The position numbers and the translations under genes are program-made. Positions 48,002 through 58,900 of a DNA stretch of 64,000 bases are shown here, piece after piece. The DNA is from Marsupella aquatica (taxonomy: Eukaryota > Plantae > Marchantiophyta). The first letter of the stretch is position 1; every line of letters begins with the position of its first letter. The stretch covers positions 7,697,278-7,761,277 of the forward strand of contig OZ316896.1 of assembly GCA_973895155.1 (NCBI GenBank), given 5' to 3'. The notes under the pieces are model-generated. The model had not been told where the DNA came from and searched no databases. It saw only the letters and a program-made list of their open reading frames with translations.

Positions 48002-50289
48002 CGTACATAAGCCTTCAACACCGCCATGTAACGCTCAAGCCAATACATCCATCTACAATGCACTCGACCTGCAATGGCAACCTCCCGCACAAGATGCACA
48101 AGTAAATGAACCTGACAATCAAAGAAGGAAGGAGGAAGGGCTTTCTCCAACTTGCATACCACCTCAGCTGCCAATACCTCCATCCCAGGGATCTCTTCTA
48201 CATATATCTCCTTTGAGCATATCCATCTCAACAAACGACCCAATGACCAGATGGCATCTTGCACTTCTTCACTCCCTATACCTATAATTGCCACTGGCAA
48301 TATATGCTGCAATAGGCGATGATAGTCATGTGTCTTCAGATATCATGGCCACTTGTGATTGTCCTCCATCCCAAAAGCTTTTCGAAGGTTGGCACCATAG
48401 CCTATAGGAAACCGCATCTCTCCTATACGGTTCCGAAATTCACGTCTTTGGCCAACACTCAACACCCAAGGAGCAGAAGGACGATTCTCCACACCTGTGA
48501 TAGGATCAGTTGTCACCCAAACATCTGGATGCATTTCCATCTCCTCGCATGCCTCCCTAAAATTAGTGTCCTTCTCCCCATAAAAATGCTTTATCAAAGC
48601 CTTCCCCACATTTCCCTCTATGTGCATGGGGTCTAAAAGATGGCGGATCTTCAACTCAGACCAATAGGGCAAAGTGGCTGGTATACTCCACCTGGTCAAA
48701 CCTGTCCTATCAAAGGTGAAGGAATCATTTGGGTCTGCCACCCTATCAGCTAGTGACTTCCAATGTGCAAAACTTGTTGCATTAGGAATTTTACGCTCAT
48801 CACCAAATGGCATGTCAAAGGAGGAGAATAGAAGTGGGTCAAACCTCATCTCATGCCCCATGGGAAGAAACTTTGTATGCCCAATATAAACAATCTTTCT
48901 AATCCATGAACAATATGTGGCCATGTCCTCTAAGCTTGGGCCACAAGTAGAGCAAGCTTTGTACCCCTGAGTTTGCAATCCAGAGACAAAACCAAACCCT
49001 GCTTACATAGAAGAAATCAAACCATGCAAACTTTATGTTAGGGTTGTCACATGAGAAACAACAATAGGAACTACACATTATTGAAGGGTTGCAAATGGCA
49101 TGGAAGTCATCTTACCAGGATAGTCATGCATTGTCCAACAAATGATCCCTCTCAATTGAAAGACACGTGGAAAACCACCTGTAATTTTCCTGCCATCATA
49201 TGCCCACACTCCATTCCATAATTTTTGAAGTTCTCCAACCAATAGTGCCAAGTAAGTGTCAAAGTTCTTCACCTTTTTTGGACCTGGGATAATCAAAGAC
49301 AATAAAAGGAACCCCTTCTTCATGGATAGCCATGGTGGGAGGTTATAATTCATGACAACCACAGGCCAAACTGATGTAGGTTGCCCCTTTCCTCCAAGTG
49401 AATGAGGGCTAACTCCATCAGATGCCAATCCTAGCCTCACATGGCGAGGATCATGTGCAAAGTCTGGCCATGTTGCCTCAATATGTTTGTGAGCAGGGGA
49501 GTCAACTGGCAACCGCATGACACCAGACTCTGATCGATGAGTCTTATGCCATACCATCAACTCTGCCAAGTCAGAACACCGATACATGTGCAACAACCGA
49601 GGAATGATGGGAAACCAATGAACAGCCTTCCTTGGCACCTTCTTTGTTAGCATGTTGGGGTCATAGCGAGGCTCATCACATGTTGTACATTGTGTCATGT
49701 TTGCATTGGCCCCATGAAATAACATGCAATCATTCACACATGCATGAACAATATGATATTCCATGCCAATAGATGAGAGAACACTCTTTGCCTCCTTCCA
49801 AGTTGCTGGCAACACATTCTCAGTGGGTAACATAAGGTCATGGCAAAGTGCAAACATATCAGATAACAAGGCATTGCTTGCCTTGTGTTTGGCCTGTAGG
49901 TTCATCAACCCCAAGATGGCTAAAAGATGACTCAAACGAGCACCCTCATAGATAGGTGTTCGGGCATGTTCCTCTGCTTCTTCCCATTGGCGTTGTCCCT
50001 CAGGGGTATGTCTTGGGCGTGGATCATTGGGGGGCACCTGCCCTTCATTGGGAAGGTCATCACCAGGGTTGTCGGCACCAAACCAATCAACCATGAAGTC
50101 ATCCATGGCTCTATCCTGGTCATCAGTTACTTGTTCATCCGTCTGAGGTACCTCTTCATCAGGGTTACTGCTTCCACTAGCACTTGATGAGGAGTGTGAC
50201 TCTGATCCATGTCCTTCTTCTGGCATACCCATTTCTCGATATGTTGCTCTCAATCTCCGTGGTAACATATTTGGAGAGGGTCGCACATT
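48002..50289 (-). pseudogene. CACTA-2 transposase central exons (Transposase_21, DUF4218); predicted intron 48999-49115; premature TGA at 48343
   Basis: HACVNDCMLF, WFPIIPRL, LGLASDGVSP, NYNLPPWL, WTMHDYPG|FGFVSG, LDPMHIEGNV, LKTHDYH, PPSFFDCQVHLLVHL, WMYWLERYM. Confidence 0.92.
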
Positions 50290-50465
50290 CTAAAAACAAA
50301 GCAAACAATTGAAAGTTATATTGCAAAGAGAACACACACAAAAATGGGCTAGGGGTGTGCAAAAATGAAATAATATTGGTTGTGGTGCAAATACAAAATG
50401 TGGCCAAAGGCCATATGTAGTGTCCTTTGATATGCAACATACCACCTATGACCCTTAACTTAACC

Positions 50466-51281
50466 CTAATCCCACTCATAGTGAGTAAATAACTCATCCC
50501 CTGAGTTAATGGTCCTCGTCGCTACAACTAGGCAATGGTCATGATGATATGTCTGGCCATAAGATGCTGGCGGAGGACCCTCAATGAAAACCCACTCACA
50601 ATTTTGCCTACGCTTAGGGCGAGTCCCCACGGTACTGTTTATGAAACCAGCAATATTCCCAGTCCGTATGGGGTCCCCATCTATGACACGCTGCTCACTA
50701 TACCTTCTAGTGTTTCCATCAAAAGTATCCATGTCCAATGCATAAGTCTTCCACTCAGGGTGTTGTGCAAGGATCATGTTCCAATGTCTTCTCTTGTAGA
50801 TGGGTCCACCATAAGGAAACAAAGTAGGCCCCTCTCGGCCGCGTCCACCTCTACCACTCTCGGTGTCCACAATGATGTCCTCACAGGCAAAAACTCCATA
50901 GCCATGTCTATCCCCAAGTGTGGAAGGTTTGATAATCCAACGTCTACCCCAAACCTCTACCTCCGCACCGTAGGAAACCTGTTGTGGCAAACCAAGAGTC
51001 TCAGGATCCCAGTCCTTGATGATAGGGACACATCTGCCAGTGAACTCACAATCACCCCACCTCCCCATAACCACTGCCTTGTACAAATCAGTATCCCCTC
51101 GGGCCCGCCTCTTGGAATGCTTTCTCCCTCTTGGGACAATAGCCTCAACCCCAACTTCCCTAGGACTGGTGGGCCTTGCCGCTAGACCCAAGGCTTTTGA
51201 GAATGCATTGCCTATAGCATCTAGAACACCTTGTGATGGGACATAGGGTGCTTGTGCCGCAGGTCTAGGCCTATTGGATAC
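50466..51281 (-). CDS. SET-domain (lysine methyltransferase-like) terminal exon inside the first transposase intron
   Basis: GYGVFACEDI, PYGG, IDG..GNIAGFINS, NC, VVATRTINSGDELFTHY = SET motifs in order; open from the phase-0 acceptor at 51281 to the stop at 50466. Confidence 0.88.
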   Translation of the reverse strand, partial: VSNRPRPAAQAPYVPSQGVLDAIGNAFSKALGLAARPTSPREVGVEAIVPRGRKHSKRRARGDTDLYKAVVMGRWGDCEFTGRCVPIIKDWDPETLGLPQQVSYGAEVEVWGRRWIIKPSTLGDRHGYGVFACEDIIVDTESGRGGRGREGPTLFPYGGPIYKRRHWNMILAQHPEWKTYALDMDTFDGNTRRYSEQRVIDGDPIRTGNIAGFINSTVGTRPKRRQNCEWVFIEGPPPASYGQTYHHDHCLVVATRTINSGDELFTHYEWD

Positions 51282-51384
51282 CTATTCCACCGAAACCAAA
51301 ACAAACAAAAGTAGGTGTGAAATTAAAAACCTTCAACCATTGAGTAATGGGAATAGGGTAGGAAAACTAAGGCATAACACTTAC

Positions 51385-51618
51385 CATATGAGATGAAGAA
51401 GCCCCTGCCGTATGACGTCCACAACGCCCATATCTCTCAATATGTTGGGCACATATGTAAGATTTTTGGGAAACCTGACCCACACATCTGGAACATTCAC
51501 AAAGTTGACGGGGTGGACCGCGAGGAGGAGGTGCGGTCGTGTGATGTTGAGGTGGAGGTGGTGTATCTTCATCAGAGGAGGACGAGTCTGTGGTGGAGAT
51601 TTCAAAAGATGAAGACAT
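51385..51618 (-). CDS. Predicted shared first coding exon of CACTA-2 (transposase-associated CxCxxC..H motif)
   Basis: LCECSRC...AQHIERYG; ends at the phase-0 donor ATG|GTAAGT (51385/51384). Confidence 0.7.
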
Positions 51619-52918
51619 ATCCCCTGTAATAAGATATAATTAAAATGGGCATGTTATGACCAAAACATACCACAAAATGATATAAATCAAAGTTCCCAAA
51701 TAATGATGACAAGAAACCCAAACCAAAATGACCATAGCAATAAAAAAGGTACCTTTATGAGACCCGGGCTCAGCAGTGCCAATAGGTCTTGTGGCTCTAA
51801 GATAATTAATGAACCCAATCTGAAAGTATGAGGGAAAAGCTGCAACCATTCCATGTATATGTAAGCACAATAAATTGGACCAGACAAGAACAAAAAACCC
51901 TATATACATGTCCCCTTTATACATAGTGGCAACCAAAAGTGTTAAGTACATGAAAGGAACACTTGAGCCGATCATGCAATGTTTACCTTTCAGATGCCCG
52001 GGCTCTCACAATGCATATGCATTAGTATCAAATCATCAAAAAGTGTCGCACCCTGCAAGCTATCATATATTCCCCTCCTTTGTTAGCAAAACCCATGCCA
52101 ATCCCTTTTTGATTCATAAACCCAATGAACCTCTCTTAAACCCAAAAGGCTGCAATATAAATCTCATGAAACCTTGCTTTGTCTTATCCAAACCTTCAAC
52201 CCCAAACCGCATCCTACCTATTAAACCTAAATCTGACTTACACACAAACCCAAACCTTTCTTCAACCCTAGAGACCTTTCTATTTAAAAACCCCAAACCC
52301 TAAAACCCTAAACCCAAACCTTACTTATTTCTTGTAAACCAAATCCCACACCTTTATTATTTCTTCTAAACTAATGTAAACCCAAACCTTAGCCTAAACC
52401 AACACCATACATAACCCATTAACCTGAAATCTGCCTAACCCTTCAAACCCGCCTTCAACTATTATCTAACACCCAAAACATGGCCAAAAAGCATTCCAAA
52501 TATGAGTATAGAGGGGTCCACTTCACCTTTGAAAAATACCCTTTCAAATGAAACCAACATTCCCCCCAGGACGAGTTGCCAATGTCTTGCAAAGCCGCTT
52601 CCTTCGCAAATACCGTCACAAATTAGAATTGAGTTTTGCGAAGCTGCTGCTTTCGCACGACCTTCAGAAAAACAGAGCCCGAGAGCATTTCTACGAGAGA
52701 GCAAAGGTGTTGCGAAGCCTTTCACGTCGCAATGGTTTTGCAAAATTGAGAAACTACATGCGAAACTAAAAGGATCGCAACTTGCAAAACGGGTTGCTTC
52801 GCAAGTCTTTCCCGCTTGTACTTTTGCACTCGGCCGCGGCGTACTCAGCGGCATTTGACAAATTTCAAGCGTAGGGAGGGAGAAGGGAGCTCGCGCGCGC
52901 TTGGGGGGTGGCTTAGCT

Positions 52919-54886
52919 ATGGATTCCAGTGGAGCAAATGGAGGTGATGGGGCAGGGGTGAGTGACAGTGGCAATGGGAATGAAGGCAATGGGGAGCAGG
53001 AGAGGAATCGATGGACCAATTTGATGGCTGAGCACCTCAATGTAGCACAGTTGAGCCACTTAGATTTGACTACACCAGCAAAGATTGCTTCTTTGAGTGC
53101 AATCCTAGGGCAAGCCTTGCAAACGGGAGTAGATGCAGGGAACATTGCAAGGCAGGAGGAGCAAAGGAGTGCAGCTCAACAGAAGGTAAGAGAGAAGAAG
53201 CGTAAGAAGGAGGAGAGGGCCAAGGCAGGAGTAGTCTCACCTGCTGCCCTAGAAAAGAAGAGGAGGAGAGAGGAACGAGATGAGATAAGAGCACAGCGGG
53301 AGGAGCAGCGAAAGAAGGAGGAAGAGAGGAAGAAGCTGCCTATGATTGCCTTGATCGAAGGCATTCCTACTTAACTGGCCTACACCGGGGCAAAGAGCAC
53401 TATCAGGCTTATGGTGCGCTCCAATTTTGCACGAGGAGTTGAGTGGGGGAAACTCAGCAAGGCAGACCAGAAGAAAGTAATGAGTCAAATCAAAGATTCA
53501 TTTCGAAATGGAGCAGAGATTGATGAATAGTGGCTTGCAGATAGAATTTCCAATTCAATGTCTCAAGCACGGTACCATGATAGGAAGAAGGTAAGGGCCT
53601 ACCTAGAAAACTTGGAGGAGTACAGAAACGTGAGGAGGCCACTGCAATTCACTGAGGACGTGTGGAATGCCTTTTACAAAGTGGAGGTGCAGATGAGAGC
53701 TTCCAGGAACCTTCTCTTCTGGAAGGAGATGGAAGCCAAGGCACAGAAGGCCGGGAAGTCCGACCGAGACCTCAAGGCAATGGCTGAGAAGGTGTCTCAC
53801 ATGCAGCACATTGTGGATGAAGTGGGGGCACCAGCCCAAAAATTCATCCTTGCAGCTGAGCGAGTCAGCAAACGGCCCAAGACCATGCACAAGATGGGCC
53901 AAGGTGGACTTCCCGGCCTCAAAGCACACTTTGTGAGTGGGCCCTCTCCTCCCCTGCTTCTGTTTCCTTGCTTTCAATTGCTATCCAAACCTACAATGCC
54001 CCCCCTGCATACCTCTTGTTTCTTTCTTACGGCTTGCCTTGTACATTAGGTCACCCTGACACATTGCGTGCCTTAGAGATTTCTCGGAATTTTTTAAAAA
54101 TAGAGTTTGCGAAGCTTTTGCGATGCGGGTTGCTTCGCAAATGTTTCGCAAAGTCTATCATAGCATTTTTTAAAGTTGTAGATGCGAAGCTATTGCGAAC
54201 TAACCCGCTTCGCAAAGTACTTCGCAAGCAGCCAATTTATTTGAATTTGCGAAGTGGGGCGTTTCGCAAGTGTGTATTATGTTTAAAAAATACTGCTAAG
54301 GGTTATTGAGCCCAATTTTGTGTTCTAGGGGGCACCCTATTAGCACCTCCATGCATTTTTCTTGGGTTTATAGCATATTAACCTCGATCGATTTTGGTTT
54401 TGGAATGTTTGGTTGTGGTAGTATAAGAGGTACCGCAAGAAGATAACAGCAAAAGAGATGGAGATAGGAGCTGCGCATGGAGCCAAACATCTCTTTGACT
54501 TGGTTGACGCAGAGTTGGCGACTGTAAGTGCATGTATCCCCTTCAGTTTTTCCCACCCAATCCACTTATCTTTTCATTCCGTAAACCTAAACCAATTTGG
54601 GGTTGTGCTGTGCAAACAGGATGATGAGGATGCCAGTGATACCAGCAGCACCGATGAGAACAATGAGGGGACCACGACAAAGGGGCCCAAGGTAGGAGGG
54701 AGTAGTGGATCTGGACCAGTAGGAGGAGTTTCCCAGCAGGAGGGGGAGGAAGAGGATGAGGACGAGGATGAGGAGGAACCAGATGTGGAGGAGCAGCCAA
54801 CACCACCTCCTGTGCCACGTCCGGATCGTCGCAAGAGGGACAAGGGGAAGAGGTCGGCGTCAAGGAGTAGGAGGACCCCATTCTAG
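52919..54886 (+). pseudogene. TnpA/Ptta-like second CACTA-2 gene; predicted exons 52919-53932, 54422-54523, 54620-54886; two premature stops
   Basis: One frame through TAA 53372 and TAG 53528; RRPLQFTEDVWNAF and MHKMGQGG resemble Transposase_24 motifs; all splice junctions GT-AG and phase 0; acidic/basic tail. Family assignment is tentative. Confidence 0.65.
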
Positions 54887-55139
54887 AGCTTGGTGGTGTA
54901 GTGCCTATGGGATGCCCATTTACTTAGTGTAGTATATAGTTTTGATATCATGGGTAGTCTTATAGGGACCTAGCTTGTCATATGACACCCATCTAGGGTT
55001 TAGGGTTTAGGAAACCCTAATTTTTGTGTACCTATCAATTTTCTATAAAGCAATTTTGATTCAGACCTCATTCTCCGTGTTGGACAACAAGACCCCAACC
55101 ATAATTCAAAACTCTAAATCTAAACCCTAGCCTCAAGAC

Positions 55140-55551
55140 ATCTTGCGAAACCTATGCGAACAACCCAAATCGCATATTTACCATACTGAAGGTATCGCAA
55201 ACATTATGCAAACCACATAAGTTCACAAAAATGTGAAGCGATCTTCATGGCATAACTACCATTCACTTAATATCGCAAACATATTACCAAACTCCTGGGA
55301 TTGCAAATATTTAACTGCTTGATTATTATCGCAATCCTCTCGCGACGCCCACGAAGTCGCTTAAATGTGAGTCCTTTGCGATTCTATTAGTGTCACAAGT
55401 TGCGAAGGCGTTGCGAAGGTCTTGCGAAAGACCGGATGCGAACCTTTGGGCTTTGCAGTTTGCGATGCGCGATACTTCGCAAGAACGAGTTTTGTTTTTT
55501 GATTTCCTTTGTTGTTTGCGATGCTTTCAAGTTCGCAAAAGGTGTAGGTAG
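55140..55551. repeat. CACTA-2 right subterminal region with dispersed TCGCAA/TTGCGA motifs
   Basis: Same motif as the left end, e.g. 55143, 55195, 55273, 55400, 55411, 55422, 55477, 55533. Confidence 0.75.
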
Positions 55552-55564
55552 TGTTGTAGTGGTT

Positions 55565-55666
55565 GCTATGGAGATTGATGAGCGTCCAAGCAGTCTTTTG
55601 AAGGGGAGAGTTCTTAACCTGGTGGACAACATAATTGAGGAGGATGATGATCAAACGATGCAGTAG
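55565..55666 (+). pseudogene. Amino DNA methyltransferase exon, right part
   Basis: Removing CACTA-2 and one GTT TSD joins CAT TGT GTT to GCT ATG GAG ATT GAT GAG = HCVAMEIDE (motif II, cf. GRxCIGIE). Confidence 0.8.
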
Positions 55667-55998
55667 AGGAGGATATTAAGCCAACCAGAGAGAGTATTGA
55701 GGGGGAGGAAATCCATCACTGCAATTGACTCATCACCTGGAGTTGGTGTTGGAAGTGAAGAGGAAACATTCAAGAGATGAGTGAGATGAGAGTTTTCAAA
55801 CAATAGTTTTAGAGTAGTCTTGGTTAGATGGAGGTTGATATTACTAGACAGTTAATTTTAAATTGGGAGTGAACTCACTATTTTTGAGTTCTTAATTTGA
55901 AATATAAGTTTTCAAAAAATTTGTGTTTAAAACATGTATACAAATTGTAATAAAAAATGCAAAGTGGAAATGTGTAAATTATATGACTATTTTCTTGC

Positions 55999-58900
55999 TG
56001 TTGTAAGGTGTTGAACAACTCATGACTTCATTCATTATCTCCCCATTACATATAGCTCCTATGGAGGCTAGGCAGTTAGGCAGTTGGGATTAGCCTAACT
56101 GTAGTAGGGTTTAACCCTAGGTAGAGTAGGTTTGTGTATGGGTTATAACACTCCCCCTTGGGTGTAACATGGCCTGGGGTAATGTTGCAACCATCTAAGA
56201 AGAACCTACTCTAATGTATAATGTGTCCTAGTCTTTGAAAGGTTGATAGTTAGGAGTGAAAATGTAACCTCATTAAAACCCCCTCTCCTTGCTTGTAGGG
56301 GGAAAGAGTGTTACCATTTTTTCCAAGCTATATGTTAATGTAAAGTTATCGTGGTCTGTTAAAAAAATAATTAAGTGGGTTGTCTTATAGACTTTGTACC
56401 CGTATCAATTGGTCAGTAGCCTTATACAGTAAGGTTCTACTATAATTTGCGTGTAAGTCCTCTACGCGCTACGGGTCCAAAATTAGTCGTGATTTGCATT
56501 TAGGGCAGTAGAACTATGCGTTTGATCGGGAGTGTTCAAGGCTGCGTTCGATGTTCGGGCTTCTGTTGTTGCTATGTTCAATGTTCTTAGCTTATGCGCT
56601 GGTGCCTTTTGGGATCGTCGTTCTTGATGATGTCGGGCGCTTCTCTTCGGTGGTTCGTGATCGGAGCACTTGCGCATTAAGTGAGTTGTGGTAATGTTGG
56701 ATTCTTTCTGCTTCATTGGCGTGGAAGTGTGCTGTGTGCATTCTGCTCCCCCGGATGTGGTATTTTCTGGTCGTTCCTTCACACATCATTGTGTAGTCGT
56801 GAGATTCACTTTTATTCTCCCCCTGGACAGGAGACAAGTAGGTCGGAAGCAGTCCAAAAAATGTTAGTCCTGCAATGCAGCTAAGTTGCGCAATCCTATA
56901 GAGAATGTATGTTGTCTATGTAGTACAGGGGGAAGTGATTTCGTAAACAAATCTGCGATGTTTTGGGAGCTTTGTATCCATTTAACTGCGATGTTATTTC
57001 CTTGCTGTTCATGCATAAAGAAAAACTTGGGGGCAATGTATTTGGTTTGATCTCCCTTGATAAAGCCTGCTTGAATTTGTTCAACGCAGGCTCTGTTATC
57101 TTCATGAATTTCTGTTGGTGTTGATAGTGTAGGTATGCCCATGTTCTCATGGATGTGATTGATGATGTTGCGTAGCCAAATACACTCCCTGCTTGATTCA
57201 TAGAGAGCTATTATTTCTGAGTGATTTGACGATGTAGTTGTTAGTGTCTGCTTGCAACTTCGCCATGAGATTGCGGTCTGGCCCATCAAGAAGACGTAGC
57301 CGGTCTGAGACTTCGCGTCCTCCGGGTTTGAGAGGTAACCTGCATCAGCATATCCTGTAAGTGAATAATTAGTTTCGGATGGGTAAAACAGTCCCAGATC
57401 CTTGGTACCCACAAGATAGCGGAAAATGCGCTTTATCCCATTCCAATGCCGAATGGTTGGCTTGGCACTATGGCGAGCCAATAGATTGACTGCGAAGGCG
57501 ATATCAGGCCTTGTCTGGTTTGAAAGGAACATCAGTACACCTATGGCAGATAGGTATGGCTTCTCTGGGCCAAGCAATGGCTCCATTTCATTTCTCTTCC
57601 GGAAGATATCTTTTTCTTTGTCAAGTGAGCGGATGTCCATGGGGGATCTGACTGCTATGGCTTTGTCCATATTGAATTGCTTCAGAATTTTCTTGATGTA
57701 CGTGGACTGATGCAAGAAAATGCCATTGTGCAGGTGCTCAAATTGTAGTCCTAGGCAAAAAGAAGTCTGCCCTAGGTCGCGCATCTCAAAAGCTTGTTTT
57801 AGGAGTATGATAGTTTCAGCCATAATTTTTCTTATTCCGAACAGGTTCAGGTTGTCCACGTAGATGGCTACTATGATGAATTCTCTATTTTCCCGTTTCA
57901 GAAATAAGCAGGGTGCAATGTTGGCATTTGTAAATCCCATTGCCAGCATTTTTGACTTAAAACGTTTGTACCATGTGAGGCCACTTTGCTTGAGGCCATA
58001 TAGGGATCTTAACACCTGTACTGCAAATCGGGTTCTGCGGGTGGTGTCCCTTTGATGTTGGATAGGATCTGTTAGTGCAATCTGCGCTGCAGTCTTGTGG
58101 AGTATCGTTGAATTTGTATGCTCGAATGTTTCTACCTGGTCTTGGGCTCCAGCTTTATGTGTTTGTTTCCCTTTGCTGTGATACTCGACTCATTTCACCA
58201 GTTCTGGTGGAGCTTCCATGTATATGACTTTGTCTAAGTGTCCATATAGGTACGCGGTTACAATGTCCATTGGGTGCATGGATAAGTTGTGGCGTTGTGA
58301 GAATGTAATAAGGTACTGGTAAGTGATGCCATCCATGACCGGCGAGTATGTTAAGTCGTAGTCCCTGCCGGGGACTTGTGTAAATCCCCGGGCCACCAAT
58401 CTTGCCTTGTGTCTGGTTACTTTGCCTTTCGCATTCCTTTTCTTGACCAGTGTCCATTTATAGCCTGTGAGATGCACCACAGGTTCTACTATTGTAATTG
58501 GTCCAAATACCTGGCGGGCTATCAATGAGTCCAGTTATAAATGAATGGCTTGTTCCCATTCAGGCCAATCAGGTTGGGCCTCCGCTTCTTTAATTGTTCG
58601 TGGATCTGGCAATTCCTCTTCGATTTGCTGTGCTATGTGGAAGGCAAAGTGTTCGACTATCGTGGTATGGTCTTTGTCCCATACATGTCCAGTTTGTCCA
58701 TAGTTGATTGATATCTCTGCATTCTCTTCTGGTACATTTGGTTGGATTGGAGTTGGGTCTCTGATCAATGTATTTGGTGCAGATGTTGGGGTGGTCTTTC
58801 GCTGTCTTGGCTGCCTATCTGCAAATCCTAGTGGGCGGCCTCTCTTTGCTTTCGGTGCAGTGGCTGATGCTGGTGGGGTCTCCATTTGGATTCTTGATGG

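Larger units (their letters stand above)
31066..55561 (-). mobile_element. Complete CACTA element CACTA-2 (9720 bp without the nested gypsy)
   Basis: TIRs CACTACAACA (31066-31075) and TGTTGTAGTG (55552-55561); 3-bp TSD GTT on both sides; TTCGCAA/TTGCGAA-rich subterminal regions; transposase inside. Confidence 0.95.

Noticed and set aside
50535-51185. 216-aa plus-strand ORF
   Set aside because: Antisense shadow of the SET exon with no motifs; the same applies to plus-strand ORFs over the LTR ORF, gag and pol.
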